Of a DNA stretch of 64,000 nt, positions 50,641 to 59,484 are shown piece after piece. Where the stretch lies: IMG/VR virus record IMGVR_UViG_3300023238_000005, positions 32,001 to 96,000 of that record; one strand, 5' to 3'. The translations under genes and the position numbers were made by a program. Below the pieces are notes generated by a model that searched no databases, had not been told where the DNA came from, and was given only the letters and a program-made list of their open reading frames with translations. Source of the stretch: a virus. How positions within the stretch are numbered: the stretch's first letter is position 1; every line of letters begins with the position of its first letter.

Positions 50641-51348
50641 TTAGCCAAATTTCTCGTAGTACTGCTCGCAGCGTTTCCACCACTCTTGTGCCCAGTCATC
50701 AAACTCATCTGGCCATAGATCAAACTGCTGATAAGTCTCACCACCTAGTTCAATTGGATCGTCACCTCGGCTACACATAAAGATATGACCTTCACGTATG
50801 TTAGTGCCATGTATTTCATTATGTCCTAGTGCATATGCTGTCATTTGCAAATAGTAGTCTTCTACCCACTCGGGCTTCTTTGGCTTATTTGTTTGCTTAT
50901 GATCCATAATACAAGCTTCACCTTTGTACTGTCCTACTAGGTCAGTTGTGCCTGCAAAGATACCAGGAACATAAAGCGGAACTTCGCTACCCCATATCTC
51001 ATCTACGTGACACATTGCTTCGTCACGGATAACTTCTGCCATGCGATATGCTTTTTTAGAATAAGGATTGCTGCCTGGACTCTCTGTCCACACACCATTG
51101 TCAACATAGTCTTCAAGATACTTGTGCATACGTGTACCTACGCCAGCAGCTTCAGTTACAATCTCTTGTGCTTTCTTTTCGCCTACGCGCCTGCGCCATT
51201 CATGTAAGTGTGTCATATCCTTAGTACCACTAAGAATAGTTGTTACACTAGCTACAGGTGGACCACCGGGTGCTGCATATCGACGCTTGCCGTTTACTTC
51301 AACACGTTGTAGTTTTTCGTACTTGTATTTGTCTATAATTAAACTCAA
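50641..51348 (-). CDS. PD-(D/E)xK exonuclease
   Basis: SVTTIL, GTRMH, E..L....AGTTD.......DHK, Y.LQ..AY. Confidence 0.85.
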   Translation of the reverse strand: MSLIIDKYKYEKLQRVEVNGKRRYAAPGGPPVASVTTILSGTKDMTHLHEWRRRVGEKKAQEIVTEAAGVGTRMHKYLEDYVDNGVWTESPGSNPYSKKAYRMAEVIRDEAMCHVDEIWGSEVPLYVPGIFAGTTDLVGQYKGEACIMDHKQTNKPKKPEWVEDYYLQMTAYALGHNEIHGTNIREGHIFMCSRGDDPIELGGETYQQFDLWPDEFDDWAQEWWKRCEQYYEKFG

Positions 51349-51686
51349 TCTTCTGACTCCTTTGGTAGGTCATAATCGGCATCCCATGCAGCATCGCCAA
51401 ATGGATCCGAAGCGTAATAAGGATCGTTAAAGGATGGATCATCAATTCCTTCTACAGACTGTACCTCTGGAATCATGTTTGTCATCATTTGTTCAATGCC
51501 ATGCTTGAGTGTCATAGTGCTGCCTGCACATCCGCTACATGCTCCGCTAAGTTGTACAGTTACACAACCTTGTTCAAAGCTAACAAAGTTAACTTCGCCG
51601 CCGTGTTGCGCCACCGAAGGCGTTACGTATTGTTCCATTACTTCTGTAATGTGTTTAACTATATCTTCTTGTGTTCTTTCAGTCAT
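51345..51686 (-). CDS. NifU/NfuA C-terminal domain Fe-S carrier
   Basis: P.V..HGG.V.......V.L.GAC.GC..S..TLK.GIE. Confidence 0.9.
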   Translation of the reverse strand: MTERTQEDIVKHITEVMEQYVTPSVAQHGGEVNFVSFEQGCVTVQLSGACSGCAGSTMTLKHGIEQMMTNMIPEVQSVEGIDDPSFNDPYYASDPFGDAAWDADYDLPKESED

Positions 51687-51745
51687 TAAAAAGCTCCTAT
51701 TAGTGTATATTATAACACCAAATAGGAGCCTTGTCAACCGTTATA

Positions 51746-52078
51746 TTATAGTTTGTCGCCGATGTCAGCTGCTGCCTTGCTAGCCATCTTTTTCCCAAGA
51801 TCAGCTTTGGGTCCATCATTACCTGGTACTGCGCCAGCAATATCATCTACTTCACTTTGTTTGAACTCAATCTTATCTTGATCAAAGTTAGTTACTAGAG
51901 CTTGTATTTTAGGATCTGCATCATACATTGCTTTAAAGCCTTCGAAGTCAAAGTTGCCTTTGCCTTGGTTGCGCATGTATTTGTCTAGCTTACTCATGGA
52001 TAAAGCAGCCACACCGGCTGCTTTTTGTTGACGTAATAAAGCGTAGATGACACCGCCATCTACTGCACCTTCATTTAC
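51746..52078 (-). CDS. hypothetical protein, possibly reached by -1 frameshift from the upstream gene
   Basis: Open frame extends to the A9G run at 52078-52087; first start codon (GTG 52012) has no clear SD. Confidence 0.6.
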   Translation of the reverse strand, partial: VNEGAVDGGVIYALLRQQKAAGVAALSMSKLDKYMRNQGKGNFDFEGFKAMYDADPKIQALVTNFDQDKIEFKQSEVDDIAGAVPGNDGPKADLGKKMASKAAADIGDKL

Positions 52079-52914
52079 TTTTTTTTTGAATTAACAGTCT
52101 CGTAAAACTTGGCTGCTTCTTTGCCATGCTTTTTAACAAACTTTGCTTTAGTCATGTCTTGTGCTTCTGCAATGAGTCCTTCGCGCTGGATTGACTCACG
52201 CTTCTCACGTCCGCCTAGCTCTTCGCCGCCTGCTGCTGCATCTGCTGCTCCAAATTCGTCATCTTGTGGAACATCATCCATATTCATGTCTGGTTCTATG
52301 TCGCCGTCTACTGGTTCCATATCCATATCTGGCTCTTCAGCACCCATAGTATCCATTGGCTCACCTTCGCCAGTTAGCATGCCTACGCCGCCTGTTAGTG
52401 CAATACGTGTTGTTTCCATTACGCCATACATTGCTTCTAGTGCTGGTTTAACTACTGCTGTAAATGCTTCAGCTGATTCGCTGCCCATTTCGTCCCGGAT
52501 TGCATCAGCTAGTTCTAGCATGGATTCAGTTTGCATTTCTGCTGTGTCTTCCATCCAACCAGTAACACGATCAACCATGTCCTTAGCTGCCATTACTAGT
52601 TCTGCTTTGTCTTCTTCGCCTTCATTAACTTGCTCAATAGCTTCGTCAATTGCGATAGCAACATCGTCACGCTCATGGAGTGCAGCGTTAAGTACGTCTA
52701 GGAACAATTTGTTCTTAGTGTGTCCTTTTTGCTGGACAGCATCAAAGCTTTCAGTTGTTTCTACATTAAATACTTGGGTACGTAGTTTGTTACGAGCGTC
52801 TTGAAGTTGCTCTGTAGTAAACTCGTCGATGTTGATTTTTGAACCAAAGCGTTTAGCTAGGCTTTCGTTTAGTTTTGCAGCCGTTACCGGCGCTGAAAAT
52901 TCTCTAATTTGCAT
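52075..52914 (-). CDS. acidic coiled-coil protein (candidate prohead core/scaffold)
   Basis: Late promoter upstream; several (L/I/V)xE motifs; acidic linker. Confidence 0.6.
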   Translation of the reverse strand: MQIREFSAPVTAAKLNESLAKRFGSKINIDEFTTEQLQDARNKLRTQVFNVETTESFDAVQQKGHTKNKLFLDVLNAALHERDDVAIAIDEAIEQVNEGEEDKAELVMAAKDMVDRVTGWMEDTAEMQTESMLELADAIRDEMGSESAEAFTAVVKPALEAMYGVMETTRIALTGGVGMLTGEGEPMDTMGAEEPDMDMEPVDGDIEPDMNMDDVPQDDEFGAADAAAGGEELGGREKRESIQREGLIAEAQDMTKAKFVKKHGKEAAKFYETVNSKKK

Positions 52915-52961
52915 TTTACTCTTCCTGTTGATAGGTGTTGTGTTCTATATTATATTTATCA

Positions 52962-53381
52962 CTAACAAAAAATATAACGGTCTAAAAGGCTGCGCACACG
53001 TCGTGATTCCTGTATAGCAACATCTAACCTAGTTTCTCTTATCTCTTTCTTTGCATCATCTGTTGTATTACGTATTGCATGCTTATAAAAGATAGCATCA
53101 TTGTAATGTTTTAACATTGTGCCGTCAAACTCCATTGCTTGTTCAGTAATGTCTTTACCTTGTGCAAGATTCTTAGCAATAGCAACTGCTGTAGTCTTAA
53201 AGTAGGTTCTTACTACTTGTTTATTCTCTTTAGCGTCATATATCAAGTAGCCTTTAGGACTCTTACGTATAATGACATGCTTGATCCTAATACTATTTCC
53301 TCGTTGATGAGGGATAGCACTATCTTCAAGTCCTCTATTAACAATTTCTTCAAGGTCATTTAAAAGCTTTTCAGTTATCAT
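52962..53381 (-). CDS. hypothetical protein
   Basis: Coupled ORF. Confidence 0.65.
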   Translation of the reverse strand: MITEKLLNDLEEIVNRGLEDSAIPHQRGNSIRIKHVIIRKSPKGYLIYDAKENKQVVRTYFKTTAVAIAKNLAQGKDITEQAMEFDGTMLKHYNDAIFYKHAIRNTTDDAKKEIRETRLDVAIQESRRVRSLLDRYIFC

Positions 53382-53571
53382 TCCGTATCACCATTATCGT
53401 CCCATTGTGTTGTACTTTACTTATTATACTCTTACGAATTAGATTGTTGATAATGGTTTGTTCACGCTCTGGAAATGCTCCAAGCGGACGCGGCTCATCA
53501 ATACTTGCCAAGAGTTGTTTTTCCTCATTGGTCTTATAAGTGTTTTTAATGATAAGCTCGTTAATTTTCAT
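53371..53571 (-). CDS. hypothetical protein
   Basis: Coupled ORF, MKINEL start. Confidence 0.6.
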   Translation of the reverse strand: MKINELIIKNTYKTNEEKQLLASIDEPRPLGAFPEREQTIINNLIRKSIISKVQHNGTIMVIRNDN

Positions 53572-53831
53572 TTAATTGACTGTAACTGCTGTTGTAATGT
53601 TTTCAGCTGATCTTGTGTAGCTTTAATTTGTACTTGAATTGCTTTCTTTTGCTCTTGCTTTGCTTTTTGTGCTTCAGGACTATTAGGATCAGGTTGTCCC
53701 ATTTCTTCGCCAGGTTTTTGCGTAGGTTGTCCAGGTTTAGCAGCAGGTGTGCCAGCAACATTTACTGGAGCAACTCCAACTGCCGCTGTACCTTGAGCGT
53801 CTGCAGGTATTCCTAATTCAAAGATTTTCAT
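53568..53831 (-). CDS. hypothetical protein
   Basis: Coupled ORF, MKIFEL start. Confidence 0.6.
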   Translation of the reverse strand: MKIFELGIPADAQGTAAVGVAPVNVAGTPAAKPGQPTQKPGEEMGQPDPNSPEAQKAKQEQKKAIQVQIKATQDQLKTLQQQLQSIK

Positions 53832-54154
53832 ATTCTACTTCCTCTACGCTTAGTCTTGCTTATTGTCCTGCGCCCAGTATTTAATCGTTTTAATCTTTGA
53901 CTTGCTGGATTTGTTCTTTTAGTTCTACTAGCCTTAATGCCTATAGTTGAACCTTTTTTGCGTCTAGTTTGTTTAAGTGTGTTAGACGCTTTCATATTCT
54001 TAGGAGCATTACAAGTTGCAGGCTTTGCAACAATACGTCCTTTACGAGTGCCAGTTGTGCAACGATACTTGCGAACAGTCTTGTTTCCGCTCTTGCCAAA
54101 GATAGTTGTGACACCTTCTTCAATAATGTCGTTATATAGATCACGTAATAACAT
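53828..54154 (-). CDS. highly basic protein, tandem paralogue A
   Basis: SG.K.VRKYRC..G.RK.R.VAK...C.AP...NPAS.R...LN shared with 54155-54451. Confidence 0.75.
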   Translation of the reverse strand: MLLRDLYNDIIEEGVTTIFGKSGNKTVRKYRCTTGTRKGRIVAKPATCNAPKNMKASNTLKQTRRKKGSTIGIKASRTKRTNPASQRLKRLNTGRRTISKTKRRGSRI

Positions 54155-54451
54155 CTATCTTCTCTTACGGTTAAGAGCTTGTACTCTTTTACTTGCTGGA
54201 TTAATGCGCTTAGTCTTTTTAGCTTTGCGTATCATCCTGCTGCCGAGTCTAGCTTTAGTCTTCTTAAAAGCCATACGCTTTTTAATGTCAGGCGCTGCAA
54301 AGCACTGTGCCATCTTAGCAACAACTCTATTTTTGCGGGGACCACTTGAACAACGATACTTGCGAACAACCTTCTTTCCAGAACGTGCCCATGTTTGACC
54401 TTCTTCTAGGTCTGCTTCTGTTGGATCAATAAAAAACTCACGTAATAACAT
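54155..54451 (-). CDS. highly basic protein, tandem paralogue B
   Basis: Paralogy with 53828-54154. Confidence 0.75.
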   Translation of the reverse strand: MLLREFFIDPTEADLEEGQTWARSGKKVVRKYRCSSGPRKNRVVAKMAQCFAAPDIKKRMAFKKTKARLGSRMIRKAKKTKRINPASKRVQALNRKRR

Positions 54452-54476
54452 ATAGTTATTTATCGTGAGTGGAAGG

Positions 54477-54707
54477 TTACTGTAATAAAATTACAATGAT
54501 GGTTGATAATAGTCCTGTTACTATTGTGCCTGCTGCTCCAATAATAACTTTGGTCATTGATTGCTGACCTGTACTAATTACAGTATGTAATGTGTCTATC
54601 TTTGTTTCTACGTTAGAAAGGCGCTCGTCTAATTGTTCGTAGCGTATTGCACATAAGTCAACATGTGCTTCTAGATTATTTCTTTCTAATTCGGTAGTAC
54701 TTGGCAT
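54477..54707 (-). CDS. coiled-coil plus C-terminal TM protein (holin/hemolysin-like)
   Basis: H...C..RY..L..RL..VE..ID then TM helix. Confidence 0.6.
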   Translation of the reverse strand: MPSTTELERNNLEAHVDLCAIRYEQLDERLSNVETKIDTLHTVISTGQQSMTKVIIGAAGTIVTGLLSTIIVILLQ

Positions 54708-54814
54708 TATAAATCCTCAAAACCCGTCTTATCGTAGGTTGTATTCTGTAAGTAAACTCTAAGTTAGCCTTGATGTGTGATTTAAAATGCCTGGTAGTTT
54801 TTTAGGCTACAAAG

Positions 54815-55210
54815 TTATTTATCATCAATTTCAAAAAATATGTTGCATTTAGCGGTATCTTTGGTAAGAAAATGTGCATTATCAAACTCTGCTGTTTCAT
54901 CTAACTTTGTAATGATTGGTATTAAATCAAAGTCATTTACTAGTGTTTCAACATCTAGTGCGTCTCTAAATTCCATATCAAAAGCGTATTTCCACACGCT
55001 TTGTTTAGTTTTAAATGATGTTCCTAACCCTAATTTACTAGGTACTTCGCTAATGATTGTAGGCGATCCAATGTATTCTGGATTAACTCTTAACCCAATT
55101 GTTTGCATCACAGTAAGGAAGTTTTGCTGCTGTCGATACTGTTTAGGATCTTCGCCGCGTCGACTACCGGTCTCGGTTATATCTACTAATGTATGTATTA
55201 TAAATCTCAT
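54815..55210 (-). CDS. hypothetical protein
   Basis: TLVDIT.TG...QQ.N..T..Q.IGLR motif. Confidence 0.7.
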   Translation of the reverse strand: MRFIIHTLVDITETGSRRGEDPKQYRQQQNFLTVMQTIGLRVNPEYIGSPTIISEVPSKLGLGTSFKTKQSVWKYAFDMEFRDALDVETLVNDFDLIPIITKLDETAEFDNAHFLTKDTAKCNIFFEIDDK

Positions 55211-55225
55211 ATAGTATTTAAGTCA

Positions 55226-55258
55226 TAAAAAAACAGTCACTCGTTAAAGTGACTGTTT
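55226..55258 (-). terminator. intrinsic terminator
   Basis: AAACAGTCAC-loop-GTGACTGTTT with U-run on the minus strand. Confidence 0.8.
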
Positions 55259-55310
55259 AGTGTGACGCCTGCCTTGCGGCCGTATATCACGATTCTAAGG
55301 TAGTTAGAAT

Positions 55311-55640
55311 TTAGTCAATAAACTCAGCAATTAGCGTAGTTGTAATACCAGTGGTGCCGATACCAAAGTCAGCTGCTGCTGTTAGTACGCCTGTGCCTTG
55401 AATTGCAATTTGCACGTCATCAGTTGTTCCGCCTGTAAACACGCCTGATTCTGTTAATACACTAATACCTGTGATAGTATGTGCATCGTTAGTTCCTGCT
55501 ACGTCACCTGCTGACACGTAAAGTACTAATGCGTCAAATTCTTCTTGAGTCATGTTAGTTTTTGCTGCGTTAATGATTCTAGTACGTGGACCTAAACCGT
55601 TACCTGCTTTTGCTGTTGCGTTTGTTGTTACTGATGCCAT
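55311..55640 (-). CDS. probable small structural protein
   Basis: Own late promoter, strong SD, terminator; Thr/Ala/Gly-rich. Confidence 0.6.
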   Translation of the reverse strand: MASVTTNATAKAGNGLGPRTRIINAAKTNMTQEEFDALVLYVSAGDVAGTNDAHTITGISVLTESGVFTGGTTDDVQIAIQGTGVLTAAADFGIGTTGITTTLIAEFID

Positions 55641-55731
55641 TTTATATTCTCCTGGGTTCTAATGGTAAAGTAAGATTCTCTTCTTACTTGTATAATATTA
55701 TTTATCATCTTACTAAAAAAAGCACCGGTTG

Positions 55732-56673
55732 TTAGGATCGTTTAGCTCTCTTATGCACTGCTCGTAGCTGTTGAACTGCTCCTGGACCCGCTTTTACAAT
55801 ATCATCTATCATTTTAATAGCTGGTAAGTAGGCTGCAACCATGTTTGCACTTGCTGCTTTACCGTCCTTGGCTTGCTCTAGGAACTTCTTAGTAAGTGCT
55901 AAGTTCCTGTCTCCTACTAGATATCTATACAATGCTAGTTCGGCGCCTGTAGTACTTAGGTCAGGCGTTGATATAGTTGGTTCTGGATCTATTACACTTG
56001 CTTTTTCTAAGTTCTTAATTGCTGCAAACTTTTCAAAGTCCTCAATGATGTCTGAGCTGCGTAGTTTAGCACGAACAGCATAGATAAGGCGTGTGGATAT
56101 TAAACGCTTCTCTGCTTTGGTCAAACGTGCAAAGTTCATTAAGTTTCTACGTATTGATTTGTAGTCACTGTTGCTAACTTTAAGTGCAGATTCAATTGCT
56201 TGAAACATATTGTTTAATTGCACTGGAGTTTTACCTTGTGCAACTGCGTTAATGTATCTATTAATAGCAGACGTTGGTAACTTTGTACTAGCTCGCATAC
56301 GCTTTGCTGACTCAGGATCTTTAAGCTTATCCTGTGCGCCACTGTCTCCTACAAGGAAATATGTAAAGTTGTAGAGATCAGTACCCATAATGCGATACAT
56401 TTTGTATTGCTCAAAGCCAGCTGTCTTCTTTGCATAACGTTGCACGTAAGCTTTAAAGTCTGGATACTGTCGCATTGTTTCCAAAGCCAACAGTGTTAGA
56501 TACATACGTTCACCACAGTCAGTGTAAGTCAACTTCTTAGCATTGCCATTATCTTTGGTCATGCGCGACTCTTGCAGATCTCTTAAGAAAGAATATGATT
56601 CCTCTTGTACTGGCGGCACTTCATGTCCGCCATCTATCTCTGCCCATTGTGCTGCCGTAAACTTGTCAGTCAT
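55732..56673 (-). CDS. hypothetical (probable head-associated) protein
   Basis: 313-aa ORF in a late operon. Confidence 0.7.
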   Translation of the reverse strand: MTDKFTAAQWAEIDGGHEVPPVQEESYSFLRDLQESRMTKDNGNAKKLTYTDCGERMYLTLLALETMRQYPDFKAYVQRYAKKTAGFEQYKMYRIMGTDLYNFTYFLVGDSGAQDKLKDPESAKRMRASTKLPTSAINRYINAVAQGKTPVQLNNMFQAIESALKVSNSDYKSIRRNLMNFARLTKAEKRLISTRLIYAVRAKLRSSDIIEDFEKFAAIKNLEKASVIDPEPTISTPDLSTTGAELALYRYLVGDRNLALTKKFLEQAKDGKAASANMVAAYLPAIKMIDDIVKAGPGAVQQLRAVHKRAKRS

Positions 56674-57140
56674 TACTGTGTTGCTAATCTTGCTGCTTTA
56701 TCTGCTGCGCTATCATCATCAGCAGGTGCTGCAAACTCGTCATCTTCTGGCTCGTCAGCTTTAGCTGGCTCTGCCATTTTAGGTTTAACGTCTTCTGCAT
56801 CTTGTGTGAATTTAATAAGCTCTTTAACTTTAGAAACTTCAACTCCAGCCTTCTTAGCAACTTCTGCAAACATTTTTGCAAGAGAGTCTTTAGGCTGCAT
56901 GCCTGGTAGCGGCTTGCCTGGATCGTGTGGACCAAATGATGTTCCAACAGCAGCTAATATATCGCCAACTTTTAAAAGGTCATCTAAGCGTCTTAGTTCG
57001 TCGTCAGTCATACCTTTAAGACTACCGTGTTCGCCAGTGCCGTGACCTAGTCGATTCATCTTTTGTCCTAAAGGAGCAATAACTTTCCTTGCATAATCCG
57101 AACCATCATACTGGACTTCTGTTACTTCATTAATTTTCAT
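56673..57140 (-). CDS. hypothetical protein
   Basis: MKINEVTE start. Confidence 0.65.
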   Translation of the reverse strand: MKINEVTEVQYDGSDYARKVIAPLGQKMNRLGHGTGEHGSLKGMTDDELRRLDDLLKVGDILAAVGTSFGPHDPGKPLPGMQPKDSLAKMFAEVAKKAGVEVSKVKELIKFTQDAEDVKPKMAEPAKADEPEDDEFAAPADDDSAADKAARLATQ

Positions 57141-57150
57141 TGTCTATTCC

Positions 57151-58263
57151 TTAATTTGGTTGCCAACGCTGACGCGGCACTAGTTTAGTCTTTGATCCTA
57201 GAGCAACGTATCCTTCGCCACCCTTCTCACCTTTTGTTGTTGCTGTTACATCAGCAGGAGCATTATCTAACTGATCAATAATATGATCCTTTACAGTCAT
57301 GATCTGTTTTACAAGACCAAACAATGCAGGCAATGCCTTAGGACTTGCTGTGTTCATATCTGCAATCTTTGCTTGCTTGTTAGTACTTACCTTTGATGCA
57401 CCTAGCCAGTCAAAGAAACCATTTTCAATATTCTTTAATTGCTGTGTGCGTGTCATATGGTTAACGTATGTATAAATGATGTTCTTCATATCACTTAGTC
57501 CTTGAACAGGAGCAAGAAATGCATCAACTAACTGGGCAGTTTTTGCTGCTGTAGCTCTGATACTCTTAACTTCTGATGTGTCAACTTTAGGCTGATGTGT
57601 TACATATGTCTGCCCTAGTACTACTACATCATTGCTGTTAAGTTCTTTTACATCTTTAATAGGTGTTGCAGACTTTGAACCAAACTCTTCAAGTTTTGTG
57701 TGAACTACTACACCAACTTTTGAGTTCGCTATGCGCCCACCTATTTGGCCATTCGTATCAACTGTGTACTTAACCAAGTTTGGTTCAAATTCTACTGCGC
57801 CTTTAGTTGCTGTAAAAGGCTTGCGTGGACTGTATAGCAAGTCGCCATAAACATATCCTCGGAAGCTTCCAGGAGTTGCTGATTTCATTAGTTCAAACAC
57901 TTCTGCCATTTCTTCGCCGAAGTCCTTGCGCCAAGGTTGTTCTTCTACACCCTTGCCTGAATTTTGTATAAAGCGTGATAGATCATCTGCGCTTGTTGAC
58001 TTGTTGCGTCCCCAACCATTTTTACCTACTAGAACAAACTCGCCGTCTGGCTCGCGTCCCCAATAGATAGTTGGATTGCCGTCCCACTTGATTGCAACAT
58101 CACTGCTGTCAGTGCCTAGCTTGTCTAGAATGTCTGCTGCTTCTACTGCTCCTGCTGAGCCTTTAACAAACACAAGATCTTCTAGGTGATTATACTCGCG
58201 ACCTTTAAACTCTTCAGTTAATACTGCTTCAGTTAATACTGTTCGGAACTCTTGGTATCTCAT
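57151..58263 (-). CDS. ligase-like covalent nucleotidyltransferase (DUF6267-like)
   Basis: HLEDL, IKWDG (motif I), YGDL (III), GEGYV (IV), KLV (V). Confidence 0.6.
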   Translation of the reverse strand: MRYQEFRTVLTEAVLTEEFKGREYNHLEDLVFVKGSAGAVEAADILDKLGTDSSDVAIKWDGNPTIYWGREPDGEFVLVGKNGWGRNKSTSADDLSRFIQNSGKGVEEQPWRKDFGEEMAEVFELMKSATPGSFRGYVYGDLLYSPRKPFTATKGAVEFEPNLVKYTVDTNGQIGGRIANSKVGVVVHTKLEEFGSKSATPIKDVKELNSNDVVVLGQTYVTHQPKVDTSEVKSIRATAAKTAQLVDAFLAPVQGLSDMKNIIYTYVNHMTRTQQLKNIENGFFDWLGASKVSTNKQAKIADMNTASPKALPALFGLVKQIMTVKDHIIDQLDNAPADVTATTKGEKGGEGYVALGSKTKLVPRQRWQPN

Positions 58264-59165
58264 CTTATAAAGCTTCCTGATACCATTACTGAACTGTTTA
58301 GCATGTTGCCACTTAGCTCTTTAATACGTGCAAGTTGCTTGTCTTCTAGTGTTTTGTATCCAGTTGGTGTTTTAGACTCAGGTACTTCTTTGCCAGACTT
58401 TTCCATTGTTTCTTTCCACGGAGCAATTAGCTGTTCGTAGTTTGGATCGTTCTTTAACTTTGCAAGCATAGTTTCTACAGTATGCGTGTCGGCATTTGTA
58501 GCGCCTTTGCCTAACAATAATTCTGGAATACCTTTATTCCAATCGTTACTAATAATCTTGTCGCCATCATTAGGATCAACTACGCCAAACTTAGGACTAA
58601 ACTTTACTCCACGTCCTCTTGCAATAGCTGATAGTAGGATAGCTCTGTCTGTACCGCCAAACTGATCTGTACCGCCACGCTTTGCATTGCGTTGATGTAC
58701 TGGATCGTCTGTAAACATAAAGTCTGTTTGAACAAATCCATTCTTGTCGCTGCCTGCAATAGGTGTGCGGAAGTGTACTTGATCGCCTGCGTCTTTGATC
58801 CAGCCGTCATTTTTAGCAACAGCAACACCGTTTATTCTTTTGTTATCTACTTTACCTAGATTCATAATCTCAGCGTCATTAACGCCTTGACTCTTTAACC
58901 ATACACTAAGTTTTTTAATTAGCTGCGCTTTGCTAATTTTGCTTGAGTCTGTGTTTAAGTCTAAATCACCTGATGAGTTATTTTCAAACTTGCCGTCTGC
59001 GTTCTCTTTCTTGCCAGTTGTGCCTAACCAATCTTCTTCGTCATATGTTAAGCCTGTGATCTTTTCAATAAAGTCAATCGAAGCCTGTACATCTTTAGTT
59101 GCAATGCGCTGAGTAATGGCACCTTGCTCAGTCTTAAATATGTTGCCGCCTTCTTTAAGAATCAT
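58260..59165 (-). CDS. Pol-beta superfamily nucleotidyltransferase-like protein
   Basis: LGTTGKK...SGDLDL...VQTDFM (G[ST]...DxD...D). Confidence 0.6.
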   Translation of the reverse strand: MILKEGGNIFKTEQGAITQRIATKDVQASIDFIEKITGLTYDEEDWLGTTGKKENADGKFENNSSGDLDLNTDSSKISKAQLIKKLSVWLKSQGVNDAEIMNLGKVDNKRINGVAVAKNDGWIKDAGDQVHFRTPIAGSDKNGFVQTDFMFTDDPVHQRNAKRGGTDQFGGTDRAILLSAIARGRGVKFSPKFGVVDPNDGDKIISNDWNKGIPELLLGKGATNADTHTVETMLAKLKNDPNYEQLIAPWKETMEKSGKEVPESKTPTGYKTLEDKQLARIKELSGNMLNSSVMVSGSFIR

Positions 59166-59415
59166 TTTTCTTACTCTCTATTATTCTATTCATGCTACGC
59201 TTAAATTTACGTGGGTCGTTTGATTTAATACTGTTAATAAGTCTGCGTTCTAGTTCGCCAGCAGTATCTACATCATATGTAGAATGTATCCTACTTAATA
59301 AGTTAATGGCACTTTCAATGATGTTGTTAGCTGTCGCGTCGATAAGATGGTCGTTATCTCTACGTCCGTAGACATTATTAAGTTCATCAAGTATACTTCT
59401 GGTACGTTTTTTCAT
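59155..59415 (-). CDS. hypothetical protein
   Basis: First gene of a late operon. Confidence 0.65.
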   Translation of the reverse strand: MKKRTRSILDELNNVYGRRDNDHLIDATANNIIESAINLLSRIHSTYDVDTAGELERRLINSIKSNDPRKFKRSMNRIIESKKNDS

Positions 59416-59484
59416 GATTTAAAATTCCTATACAGTATTTAGTAGACTTTGTTTATAAATATTAGTATACCGGGAGGACACTAA

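Noticed and set aside
50641-51348. Cas4 indicating a CRISPR-Cas system
   Set aside because: Lacks the Fe-S cysteine set, and there are no cas genes or arrays; a common stand-alone phage exonuclease
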